This document shows positions 14,645 through 25,434 of a DNA stretch of 32,789 nt, in pieces. Both the position numbers and the translations under genes were made by a program. This DNA comes from Pelomyxa schiedti (Eukaryota; Protista; Evosea). The notes under the pieces were generated by a model. It had not been told where the DNA came from, made no database searches, and worked only from the letters and a program-made list of their open reading frames with translations. The stretch lies in assembly GCA_020536535.1 (NCBI GenBank), contig JAHLWZ010000747.1:1-32789 (forward strand), in the 5' to 3' direction. Every line of letters starts with the position of its first letter. The first letter of the stretch is position 1.

Positions 14645-17600
14645 ATGGACAGGCTTCTGTTGCTGTTAGGGCACGTCATTCTGGCGATGATGATGATTCC
14701 CTCTCAGAGAGGTACACAGGCAGCAGAATGCGAGGGTCTCGACGTCTACGCGTACGTGCACTGGGACGGCGAGTGGTCGCTAGTCAAGGTTGTGGATTGT
14801 GGGGTTGTGCAGCCCGAGTTCGATGCTGACATGTCCGGTGCCTCGGCCCGCATGCCTGACATGGAAGCCAATATACCATACACATCTGGTCTGTGGACCT
14901 GGTGTGGCTCTGTGTTTATGTTGCCTCTTTTTTTCACCTCCACACTTAGGTATCCTCCTTCTGATGTTTCAGATGACATGCAGTGCTATTTCCGCACAGA
15001 TTGGAAACTACGGATCGCCGCTGCAAGTGAAACTGTGGGTGACCAGGATTTTTTCTGGTCAAGTGCGTCCGTTTCTGACTTGCCAGAGAGTGGGGAAGTA
15101 CCTCCTGTGGGTGAGATGATGCTGTTTGAGGTTGACATGTACTGCTGGGACAATTTTGTCAGCTCTGTTGCATTCCAATTTTGGTTTACGTGTGGGCACT
15201 ATGTCAACTCAACTGATGGCACATCCCCTCCTTACTTTGAAAATGTTCTTTTTGAGGAGTATTCCTTTGACCTAAGGTGGGCCTGTGAAGATTACCTGCC
15301 ATTCCAAACTAGTTTTCAGGTGGGACTGCCATCGAACAGGCTGCAGTAACTATTGTGATAAGCATGGAACTTGTGTGTACTACTGGGCACAATGCCAATG
15401 TGACGAAGGTTGGTCTGGAATCAACTGCCAAATTCAATGGAACTACAATCACACTCTGTGTCCTTCCCAAGCCTTGAATGTGACTTATTACCTCCCGTAT
15501 GTTTTTCGGCTCTTTTAAAGTGTGTCAAGTTTACACAGTCCTGGCATGTATGGCGACTCTGGAGCGATTGCAGAGCTGCTGGCAAGCGTCAGCCCAGGGC
15601 CCAACCGTGCCGGAGTGATAGAATGGGTCTTTCCCATTCATTGGAATACCAAAAAGCCTGCAGAGGATGATCCTCGTGTTATCACTGGTGTTAATGGCAG
15701 TGGTGTATTTCCTTCATTTTTGCCTCCTGGAATATACCGTATGAGGGTAGGTTCCTACAAAGTGGGTTGGGCAGCCCTCTTGGAAAATGTATAGCCTTAC
15801 GATTTACTTCTAATGAATCACACAACACAGTTTTATGTTCTCGACTATGACCAATGTGGGTACCCTGAGCAGGATGTTTTGTGTGGAGGTGGATCAACGA
15901 ACAACTGTTTCAACACAACAAGTAATGGGATCTGCGTAAATGAGAAGTGCTCGTGCAACGGAGGATACTATTGGTATGACTGCAGCAGAGGGTGCTCTGC
16001 ATGGGAGATAATTACAGACAAACAAGGGGTCATCACAAGTGATGCATTGGTCGTTGACCCAGAGGATGGCAAGATGATGCACTACCTGAACAACAATGTT
16101 TGCCGGTGGTTTTTGGACATGAGTGGTTTCAGGATTGACTCCATTCGCTTCACGTTCACTTTCATAGAGGTTTCAGACTGTATCTCGTTCTATTATTCTG
16201 ACAGCTCAGGGTCATATGGCGACATGTATGTCAAAGTTACACAGGTGAGAATGGATGTTTCTTCCGAATTGTATTGACCTTCGTGAAAAGAGTGGACATC
16301 GGCGTGATGTTGTAGAAATGCAAGCGACACATGTCATTGTCGAATTCGATCCTGACTACCAAAATAGTCTCCATGGCTTCATTTTGGAATACGAAGCAAT
16401 GCGGCGGCCAATCAAACCACTCGGAGTTGGGCTCGTCGGCCTCGTTTGTGCTATTGTCGCCATTCTTGGATTGACTGCAACAAGTGTCGCACTCTTCTTT
16501 TTGGTGAAGAGACGAAGGCGAATTGCCAGAGCGGCTCGCATGGCACCAGCTGAGAAGATGGAAAGAATGATGACAAAAGAGGAGATTCAATCCGCATTGG
16601 CCACAAGCACAAGGCAGGAGTCAGACCAGATGTTGGAGAAGATGGGACTTGGAATTGACAAAGACAAACTCACGTTTGGCCTGTCTGAGAGTGATGCATT
16701 CCCTGTTTCACAGAAGCTCGAGGACGAAGTCATCCTTGAGAACAGCAGTGACAAAAGCATCCACTTCCGTTTCAGCGTTCCTGATGTTCCTCACGTTTGT
16801 GAATTGAACGCAACACCGGGTGTGGGAATTCTGCCAGCACAGAAGGCGCTGAGAGTAAGAATTGAGTTCATGTTGAAATACACAACCCACTTTGAGCACC
16901 CTGTCAAAATCGAATTTCTGAGACATGGAGACCAAGTTGTTGCATCGACGTGGCTCTCGATACAAGTTGAGGGTGCTGTTTCTGAAAGCATCGATCCTGA
17001 TGAAGTCATGCTCAATCCAACTCCACTTGCTGCTGGTGGTTTTGGGTGAGTATCTTCTTTGACAGACTTCTCTCGTTTTCTTATCATGTTTTTGCAGGTC
17101 GGTGTTTGGAGGTGTTTATCGCTCTCAAATGGTTGCAGTGAAAATACCAAAGCACCAAGAAGTGTTTAAGGACGCGGAAATTGCCGAGTTTTCTGAAGAG
17201 TGTGAGATGATGAAGAGGATCCGACACCCGAACGTGGTGAACTTCATTGGTGCATCTCATGTTCCTGGTTTGTTTTTCCCCTCCCTGTGTCATTGGCACC
17301 ATTTATCATCATGCCGACGACTCACCCACACCAATTCCAGGAAAATTGTGCATCTGCATCGAGCTCGTCGAGAAAGGGAGCCTTGCCTCGTTCCTCGAAT
17401 CACCTGCTGAAATATCCTTCGCACTCACACTGAAGTTTGCCATCAATTCTGCTGAGGCAATGTCATATTTGCACAAGAACAATGTTTTGTTCAGTGAGTG
17501 TTGTCTCTCCCCCCCTTTGCCTTCCTCCTCCTCCCGATTTGTTCCAATGACTTTCACAGGAGACCTGAAGTGCTCAAACATTCTTGTCATTTCAACGGCA

Positions 17601-18456
17601 CTCAATGCACCAGTCAACTGCAAATTAACCGGTAATATCCCGTTTAATGACACAACACCAACCAACACTGACCTTCTTTCAAGATTTTGGAACAGCGAGG
17701 AATGTTGAAAATGTTCATTTGGTGAAGAAATACACTTTGGGCATTGGGACACCGGCCTACATGGTTTGTAATCGTTGCCAGTCATCAGGCACACTCACAC
17801 CACTCAATTCTAGGCACCGGAAATTCTGTCCATCAAGCCTTACAATTTCAAGGTGTGAGTGTACCTTTTTTCCTTCTAACTGGCTGACTGTCAATCAAAT
17901 CAGGTTGATGTGTTCAGTTTCGGAATGTGCCTCTGGGAAATGTGGATGCGTGACGAACTGTGGTCCGGAGTGCGTTTCTGGGACATTCCCCGCCAGGTAC
18001 CTGCACCCCCATTCTTTCTGTCAGTCAACCTTCAATCAGATTGAACAAGGGATCAGACCACAATTCGACTCGGAATGCCCACAAGAATATTCGGAACTGA
18101 CAAAGAAGTGCTGGGAACCAAATGCGGAAGACAGGCCCGAGTTTCACGAAATCAGAGACACACTCACTCACATCCACAACAACTCCACAAAAAAACAACT
18201 CCACACAACAACAAAAACCAAAAGTGTGAAGCCGGAAACTCCGGCAACAACAACCGCACTCACAACAACAACAGCCAAGGCAACCAAGAAAGGAGACACA
18301 CACTCCCACACCAAACCACAACCTGACGCCAAGGCATTCAACGTCGCAACAGGAAAAGACCAACAAAGGTTGCATCACCACTTGGCCAGGAAGCCCAAAA
18401 CACCGTCCAATCACACACCACAATCTCACACAGACAAATCCCAGAACCAAACATAA
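14645..18456 (+). CDS. Transmembrane receptor kinase TMK-B, 13 exons
   Basis: Clear signal peptide MDRLLLLLGHVILAMMMIP; same 12 intron positions and motifs as TMK-A. Confidence 0.9.
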
Positions 18457-18520
18457 AATAAAATTGCCTGAATGCCTGTTTCAACCCCCTTTGCAACACC
18501 CTCAGGAATTCTTTTTTCTT

Positions 18521-19270
18521 TCAGAAAGTAATTACAAAGGTACCAACACCCGAGAGGCACTGCACAGACACATTCCCGTCACAAGCCACCTGTGCCGCGT
18601 CCACGGGCGTCGCCGACATTCCCACGTGCACTGCCTTGTCCTTCCACGCAGGGTGTGCGCCCATAAGTGCGGCCAAGTTCGCGGGGGTGCAGTGGCCCAG
18701 GTCCACCGAGGCCAGCGACTTGAGGGCCATCTGTATCGCCGAGTGCTGGTCGTCGGGCGTCCGGTCCAGCACCTCGATCACGTCGAGATCCGGGCCGTTG
18801 CCGTTGTTGGCGTCGGCCGTTGCGGGGATTCCGGCGTCTGCGGGGCACACCGTCACTGTCCACCAGGACATTCGGCGGTCGATGCCGGGCTCCTCCGCCG
18901 CGAGGACGGCGCAGAGGCCGGCCTCTGGGGACCAGGGGAGCGGAGGGACCGCCGGCGGGGAGGCGCTGGCGAGCACGCGGAGGTGCGGGGCCCGCGGCGG
19001 GGCGAGGGCGGGGTGGCACCGGAGCACGGCCAGGAGGTCCGCGGGCCCCAAGGAGCAGCAGGGGGAGGTGGAGGGGTGCCCGGTGAGGAGGAACCTGAGG
19101 GCGTGGCTGATGGCGCAGTGGAGGAAGCTCCCCGGGGAGCCCCCGCCCTGCCAGACCACACTAACCTGTGGCAACGCTATTGGGGGCATATCCACTTCCA
19201 CAGCAGGGGGCACATCCACGGGAACGATCGGAGGGGGTAACTGAAGCGTCGTTGCACATTTGCCATCCAT
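18521..19270 (-). CDS. Hypothetical GC-rich protein with an internal two-fold repeat, possibly tandem dynein light chain (LC8)-like fold; copy 1
   Basis: Open frame conserved in a second copy at 24699-25063; internal repeat HxAIxxALxxL..PAxLxAx(L/M)xxHPA. ATG at 19270; true start uncertain. Fold call is a by-eye alignment. Confidence 0.65.
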   Translation of the reverse strand: MDGKCATTLQLPPPIVPVDVPPAVEVDMPPIALPQVSVVWQGGGSPGSFLHCAISHALRFLLTGHPSTSPCCSLGPADLLAVLRCHPALAPPRAPHLRVLASASPPAVPPLPWSPEAGLCAVLAAEEPGIDRRMSWWTVTVCPADAGIPATADANNGNGPDLDVIEVLDRTPDDQHSAIQMALKSLASVDLGHCTPANLAALMGAHPAWKDKAVHVGMSATPVDAAQVACDGNVSVQCLSGVGTFVITF

Positions 19271-19595
19271 AACAGTGTTCACCTTCAGCGAAGATCAGTT
19301 GACTGCTCTCCCATGATGAGGAACCGGCATCACACAAGCACTACGTAGTCCCGGGGGCAGTGCTAATGGTGATGATCATTCATTTGTCTGGCAAGGTGTT
19401 CTGATTTCCTTTTTTTTTTTTTTTGAATGCTGTGATTTCGGTTCCTGGGATTCCAATGTGATGTTGCTGATGTTACTTTAGGTGGTGTGCACATGTTGGT
19501 TCGGAAGCAGAAATCAAGCGTCTTCACCCTAACTAAGTTGCCCCCCACTTTGATTCTGGGTTATTTCCTCCTCCTACGCGGTGGTGTCCCGTCCA

Positions 19596-22500
19596 ATGTG
19601 TCCCATTATATGGCCACCGCCCTCGAGGCTGACGGTACATGTGCTTCTGTCCATGGTTATTATTGTGATGGCGACGACGATGATTCCGCAGTGCCTCGGT
19701 TATGGTGGAGGCAACACCACCAGCACAAGCGGGGAATGTGAGGGGGCCTTGACATGTACGCGTACATGTACTGGGGGAACCAGTGGGGGATATACAAGGT
19801 AGTCGACTGTGGTGCTGTGCAGCCAGAGTTCGACGCTGACATGTCCGGTTCCACCAACCACAGTCCTCACTTGGACCCAAATGTGGCTTACACGTTGGCT
19901 TGGTGGACCTGGTATATCTGCCCTTTTTTATTTGTTCTTTTGTTTCGTTTAATATCTTGGTTCTTTTGGTGAAACCAACCACCCTTTTTTACCCTCGGCC
20001 TTAGGTACCCTCCTTCTGATGTTACATATGACATGCAGTGCTATTTCAACACAAATTGGCAGCTTCGTATTGCTGCTGCGAGTTCCCCAGTGGACCCAAA
20101 AGCTATGCATTCAGTTGCTGCGATCTGGTACTTGCCAGAGAGTGGGGAAGTACCTCCCGCGGACGTGTCAACTCAGTTTGAGATTGACATGTACTGCTAT
20201 GAGAATTTTGTAAGCTCTGTTGCATTCCAGTTTTGGTTCACGTGTGGACACTATGTCAACTCAACTGATGGCACATCCCCTCCTTACTTTGAAAATGTTC
20301 TTTTTGAGGAGTATTCCTTTGATGTAAGGTTGGATTTGGCAATTATTTGTTTTTCAGGCACTAACCGCCCATCAGGTGGGACTGTTTCTCGCAGGGGTGC
20401 AATTCTTACTGCGATGCTCACGGAACTTGCTTATACTACTGGGGACAATGCTTGTGTGACGAAGGTTGGGCTGAACCAGGCTGCCAGATGCAATGGAACT
20501 ACAATCACACCATGTGTCCGTCTCAAACTCTGAACGTGACTTATGACGTTCCGTATGTTTTTTTGGCTGTTTTTAAAGTGTGTCTCATTTTTCCTAGTGC
20601 TGTCATGTATGGCTACACTTGGTGGCTTGCCGACCTCAAGGCATATACAGTTCCAGCAAGCAATGGTGCAGAGATAAGGGACTGGGTTTACGTCCTTACA
20701 TGGGCTCAGTGGACTAACAAACGTGACCCTCGTGTGAGCACTGGCATGAATTCCAGTGGTGTGTTTCCTACCTATTTGCCTCCTGGAACATACAGCATGG
20801 TCGTATCCTCCGTTGCTGGTGGTGGGTGGCTCATCAATGAAAATGTATGGGTTTTTTCTCAGACTTTCAGAGATTGATGCCAACCCAGTTTTATGTTCTT
20901 GATTATGACCAATGCGGGATTCCTGAAGAAGTTGTTCCATGTGGTGATGGATCAACAAACAACTGCGGTAACAAAACAGGAAACGGAATGTGCATAAACC
21001 AGGAATGCTGGTGCAACGGTGGATTCTATTGGTATGACTGCAGCAGAGGCTGCTCCTCCTGGGTGAAAATTACGGATAAGAAGGGGACCATCACAAGTGA
21101 CGCATTTATTTTTGATCCAGAAGATGGCCAGAAAATGCACTACATGAACAAAAATGTTTGCCGGTGGTTTTTGGACATTAGTGGATTCAGGATTGACTTC
21201 ATTCGCTTTACATTCACCTATGTAGATGTAGCTGACCTTATCTCGTTGTATTATTCTGACAGTTCAGGAGAGTTAGGTGACATGTATGGTCAGTGGTCAG
21301 GGGTATTCCTTGATCTCTTTTTGGAATTTTCTTGACTCCCCTTTTTTGTTTCTTGTTTTTGGGGTGAAAAGATATCTGCATCCGATCTCGATCCAATTGA
21401 AATGGACACAACACATGTCGTTCTTGAGTTTGATGCAGGCGCACAAAATTCTCTCCATGGCTTTATCGTAAACTATGAGGCAATGCAGAGCAAAATAACA
21501 CCAATCGGCATTGGCGTTGCTGTTGTTGTCTGTGGCATTGCTGGTGTCCTTGGAATGGCTGCAGCAAGTATTGGACTTTTCTTTTTGGTGAAGAGACAGA
21601 GGAGAATCACCAGAGAGGCTCGCATGGCACCGGCTGAGAAGATGGAAAGAATGATGACAAAAGAGGAGATTCAATCCGCATTGGACACCAACAAGGATTC
21701 TGGGCAAACGTTGGAGAAGATGGGACTTGGAGTTGACAAAGAAAAACTCACGTTTGGCTTGTCTGAGAGTGATGCATTCCCTGTTTCACAGAAGCTCGAG
21801 GACGAAGTCATCCTTGAGAACAGCAGTGACAAAAGCATCCACTTCCGTTTCAGCGTTCCTGATGTTCCTCACGTTTGTGAATTGAACGCAACACCGGGTG
21901 TGGGAATTCTGCCAGCACAGAAGGCGCTGAGAGTAAGAATTGAGTTCATGTTGAAATACACAACCCACTTTGAGCACCCTGTCAAAATCGAATTTCTGAG
22001 ACATGGAGACCAAGTTGTTGCATCGACGTGGCTCTCGATACAAGTTGAGGGTGCTGTTTCTGAAAGCATCGATCCTGATGAAGTCATGCTCAATCCAACT
22101 CCACTTGCTGCTGGTGGTTTTGGGTGAGTATCTTCTTTGACAGACTTCTCTCGTTTTCTTATCATGTTTTTGCAGGTCGGTGTTTGGAGGTGTTTATCGC
22201 TCTCAAATGGTTGCAGTGAAAATACCAAAGCACCAAGAAGTGTTTAAGGACGCGGAAATTGCCGAGTTTTCTGAAGAGTGTGAGATGATGAAGAGGATCC
22301 GACACCCGAACGTGGTGAACTTCATTGGTGCATCTCATGTTCCTGGTTTGTTGTTCTTTCTTTTTCCCTCCCTGTTTTGTTGGCTCAAATTCATCGTGCC
22401 GGCGGCTCACCCACATATCAATTCCAGGAAAATTGTGCATCTGCATCGAGCTCGTTGAGAAAGGGAGCCTTGCCTCGTTCCTCGAATCTTCTGCTGAAAT

Positions 22501-23527
22501 ATCCTTCGCACTCACACTGAAGTTTGCCATCAATTCTGCTGAGGCAATGTCATATTTGCACAAGAACAATGTTCTGTTCAGTAAGTACTTCCCAGCTCCC
22601 ATGAAACCACATCGACATGTTTCACATAGGAGACCTGAAGTGCTCGAACATTCTTGTCATTTCAACCGCGCTCGATGCTCCAGTCAACTGTAAATTAACC
22701 GGTGCTGCATTATCCATAGAAACCCGAGACTAACTTCGCGTGTAGATTTTGGAACAGCGAGGAATGTTGAAAATGTCGATTTGATGAAGAAATACACCTT
22801 GGGCATTGGGACACCAGCTTACATGGTTAGTACTCTGTGGAAAGGCACACTCACATCGCTCATTGAACAATTTTAGGCACCCGAAATTCTGTCTACCAGT
22901 CCATATAATTTCAAGGTGTGCATTCTTTCCTTCTAACCGGAATGCAGGTACTGACTATCAATCAGGTTGATGTGTTCAGTTTCGGAATGTGCCTCTGGGA
23001 AATGTGGATGCGTGACGAACTGTGGTCCGGAGTGCGTTTCTGGGACATTCCCCGCCAGGTACCTGCACCCCCATTCTTTCTGTCAGTCAACCTTCAATCA
23101 GATTGAACAAGGGATCAGACCACAATTCGACTCGGAATGCCCACAAGAATATTCGGAACTGACAAAGAAGTGCTGGGCACCAAACGCGGAAGACAGGCCC
23201 GAGTTTCACGAAATCAGGGACACACTCACTCACATCCACAACAACTCCACAAAAAAACAACTCCACACAACAACACAATCCACAAAAATGAACCCGGAAG
23301 CTCCGGCAACAACAACAGCCACAACAACCCAAACCAAGAAAGGAGGAACCGGGCCAGTAGCACCTAATGATGCCAAGTCATTCAACATTGCAAGTGGCAG
23401 AGACAAACGAAGGTTGAATCACCACTTGTCCAGGAAAATAAAAACCACTCCCAGTCACCACCACCACACACCAAACAGCTACAACACATCGACCAAGAAC
23501 CTCTACCACCACTCCAACAACATTTGA
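19596..23527 (+). CDS. Transmembrane receptor kinase TMK-C, 13 exons; apparent 1-nt frameshift in G-run 19742-19746 (pseudogene or assembly error)
   Basis: All 12 introns and kinase motifs are intact, but the signal-peptide frame (..GECEG) is out of frame with LDMYAYMYWG compared with TMK-A and D. Confidence 0.8.
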
Positions 23528-23594
23528 CAGAACTAACCATCACATTTGGTCTTGAAAAAAACCAGCGAAAGGACCCGGTACAGGGCAGTGGACA

Positions 23595-24598
23595 ATGTCG
23601 TCGCCGGACAAGAACACACGCACAACAGACTCCGTGGGCGAGGATTGTGGCGGAGCTGTGGAAGGGGAGGCGGCGAGCCCCCCAGCGCCCATGGAAACCA
23701 CCAGCCCTGTGTCCCTGGAGGACGTGGTCGCCGAGGACGAGGAGCAGGAGGAGGGGGCAGCCGCGGGGCCACCCGAGGAGGAGGGCGAAAAGAGCAGCCC
23801 CCACGCCGCGGTGGTGCCTCCTGCGCAGGAGGACGAAGGGGCTGAAGGGCGCGAGGACAGGGACACCGCAATGGGAAAGGGCCACAAGGGAGCCGCCGCG
23901 GGCACCCACAATGACAAAGGCGACGACAAGCGCGACGAGCCCACGGCCAAACAAATAGAAAACGAAATGGAGGAAAAAGTCCTCGAGGGAGGCGGCGATG
24001 ATGACGGTAATGGATCCGGCGAAGACAAGGGGGAGCATAAGTGCGCGAAGTGCAAGAAGCATCTACCGTCTGATCTCAACAGATTCCACTGCAATGAGTG
24101 CAAGGACAAGTCTTTTGATTTGTGTGAAGGTATCATCAGATGGATGGCGTGAGATTGCCTTTGTTTTTTTTTTTTTTGGTGTTGATATATTATATATTTA
24201 CACAGATTGTTATTTCACTGTGGAGGTACAGCATGTGCATGCGCCCCTTGTTCTGATTAAAGCTCTTGATCCACGTATGGGATTTGTTGTATTGAAAATT
24301 ACTTATGGCAAATGCATTGGTAGCCACAATTCTGTTTTCCTATCAGGATTCTTTAACGGGACATACTGTGTACCTCAGTAACAGTACTGCTGCATTACAG
24401 AGGTCAAAGGCTCTACGTCAAAAGCTGGGTGTGTGTATTCTGTAATGACAAATTCCTCCGCTTTTTCCTTCTTTTGCGTTGAGGCCTCCTTTAACACGTT
24501 GTAGATTTCCGCTGTTCTGAGTTTATTGGAAATAACGCCTGACCATCTCATAAATGAAATCTACCGTGGCCAGCGAGGTGCCCTTTCAGATGGTTCCA
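23595..24598 (+). CDS. ZZ zinc finger / dual-specificity phosphatase, copy 1, truncated by assembly gap
   Basis: Acidic N-terminus; CAKC..RFHCNEC..FDLCE|DC..HVH; then PTIL..VYLSN..KLG|ISAVL. Near-identical to the corresponding part of copy 2 (29729-30670). Confidence 0.8.
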
Positions 24599-24698
24599 NN
24601 NNNNNNNNNNNNNNNNNNNNNNNNNNNNNNNNNNNNNNNNNNNNNNNNNNNNNNNNNNNNNNNNNNNNNNNNNNNNNNNNNNNNNNNNNNNNNNNNNN
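24599..24698. other. Assembly gap (100 N, probably placeholder size)
   Basis: Run of N. Confidence 1.
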
Positions 24699-25063
24699 GC
24701 GAGGACGGCGCAGAGGCCGGCCTCTGGGGACCAGGGGAGCGGAGGGACCGCCGGCGGGGAGGCGCTGGCGAGCACGCGGAGGTGCGGGGCCCGCGGCGGG
24801 GCGAGGGCGGGGTGGCACCTGAGCACGGCCAGGAGGTCCGCGGGCCCCAAGGAGCAGCAGGGGGAGGTGGAGGGGTGCCCGGTGAGGAGGAACCTGAGGG
24901 CGTGGCTGATGGCGCAGTGGAGGAAGCCCCCCGGGGAGCCCCCGCCCTGCCAGACCACGCTAACCTGTGGCAACGCTATTGGGGGCATATCCACTTCCAC
25001 ATCAGGGGGCACATCCACGGGAACGGTCGGAGGGGGCAACTGAAGTGTTGTAGGACTGGTCAT
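24699..25063 (-). CDS. Hypothetical tandem-repeat (LC8-like) protein, copy 2, 3' half lost in gap
   Basis: 24699-25045 is near-identical to about 18900-19245; ATG at 25063, with the frame open further upstream. Confidence 0.6.
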
Positions 25064-25434
25064 AACGGTTAAGTCCCCTTCAGATGGTTCTACTGATCTC
25101 AGACTGCTTGATGAGAGGCCCAGGTCGAACCTGCAGAGAAAAACAGAGGCTCCCATATTGGGCGGAGCAGGGAAGAGACAACCCCAACAGGTCCCGGTGA
25201 TGTAGGCGAAAAACAAGCTCGAGATGTTTCACGAAATTTACTTTTCGTCGCACGCGCCTCGTGATGTTGCTGAAGTTACTTTGGTTGCGCTACGTGTTGG
25301 TTCTCCCAAGATCAACCATTGATCTTCCTCCAACTTGCGCCCCTTGATTCTTCTGGGTTATTTCCTCCTACACAAGCGACGCCTTATCGTCGCTCCTGGG
25401 GCTTACGGTGCATGTGCTTCCTACTACGGTTATT

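Noticed and set aside
18464-19244. Plus-strand ORFs of 258 and 202 aa
   Set aside because: GC-rich, Arg/Gly-biased shadows; the minus frame has protein-like composition and an internal repeat.
24526-24822. ORFs spanning the N gaps
   Set aside because: Artefacts joining unrelated genes across placeholder gaps.
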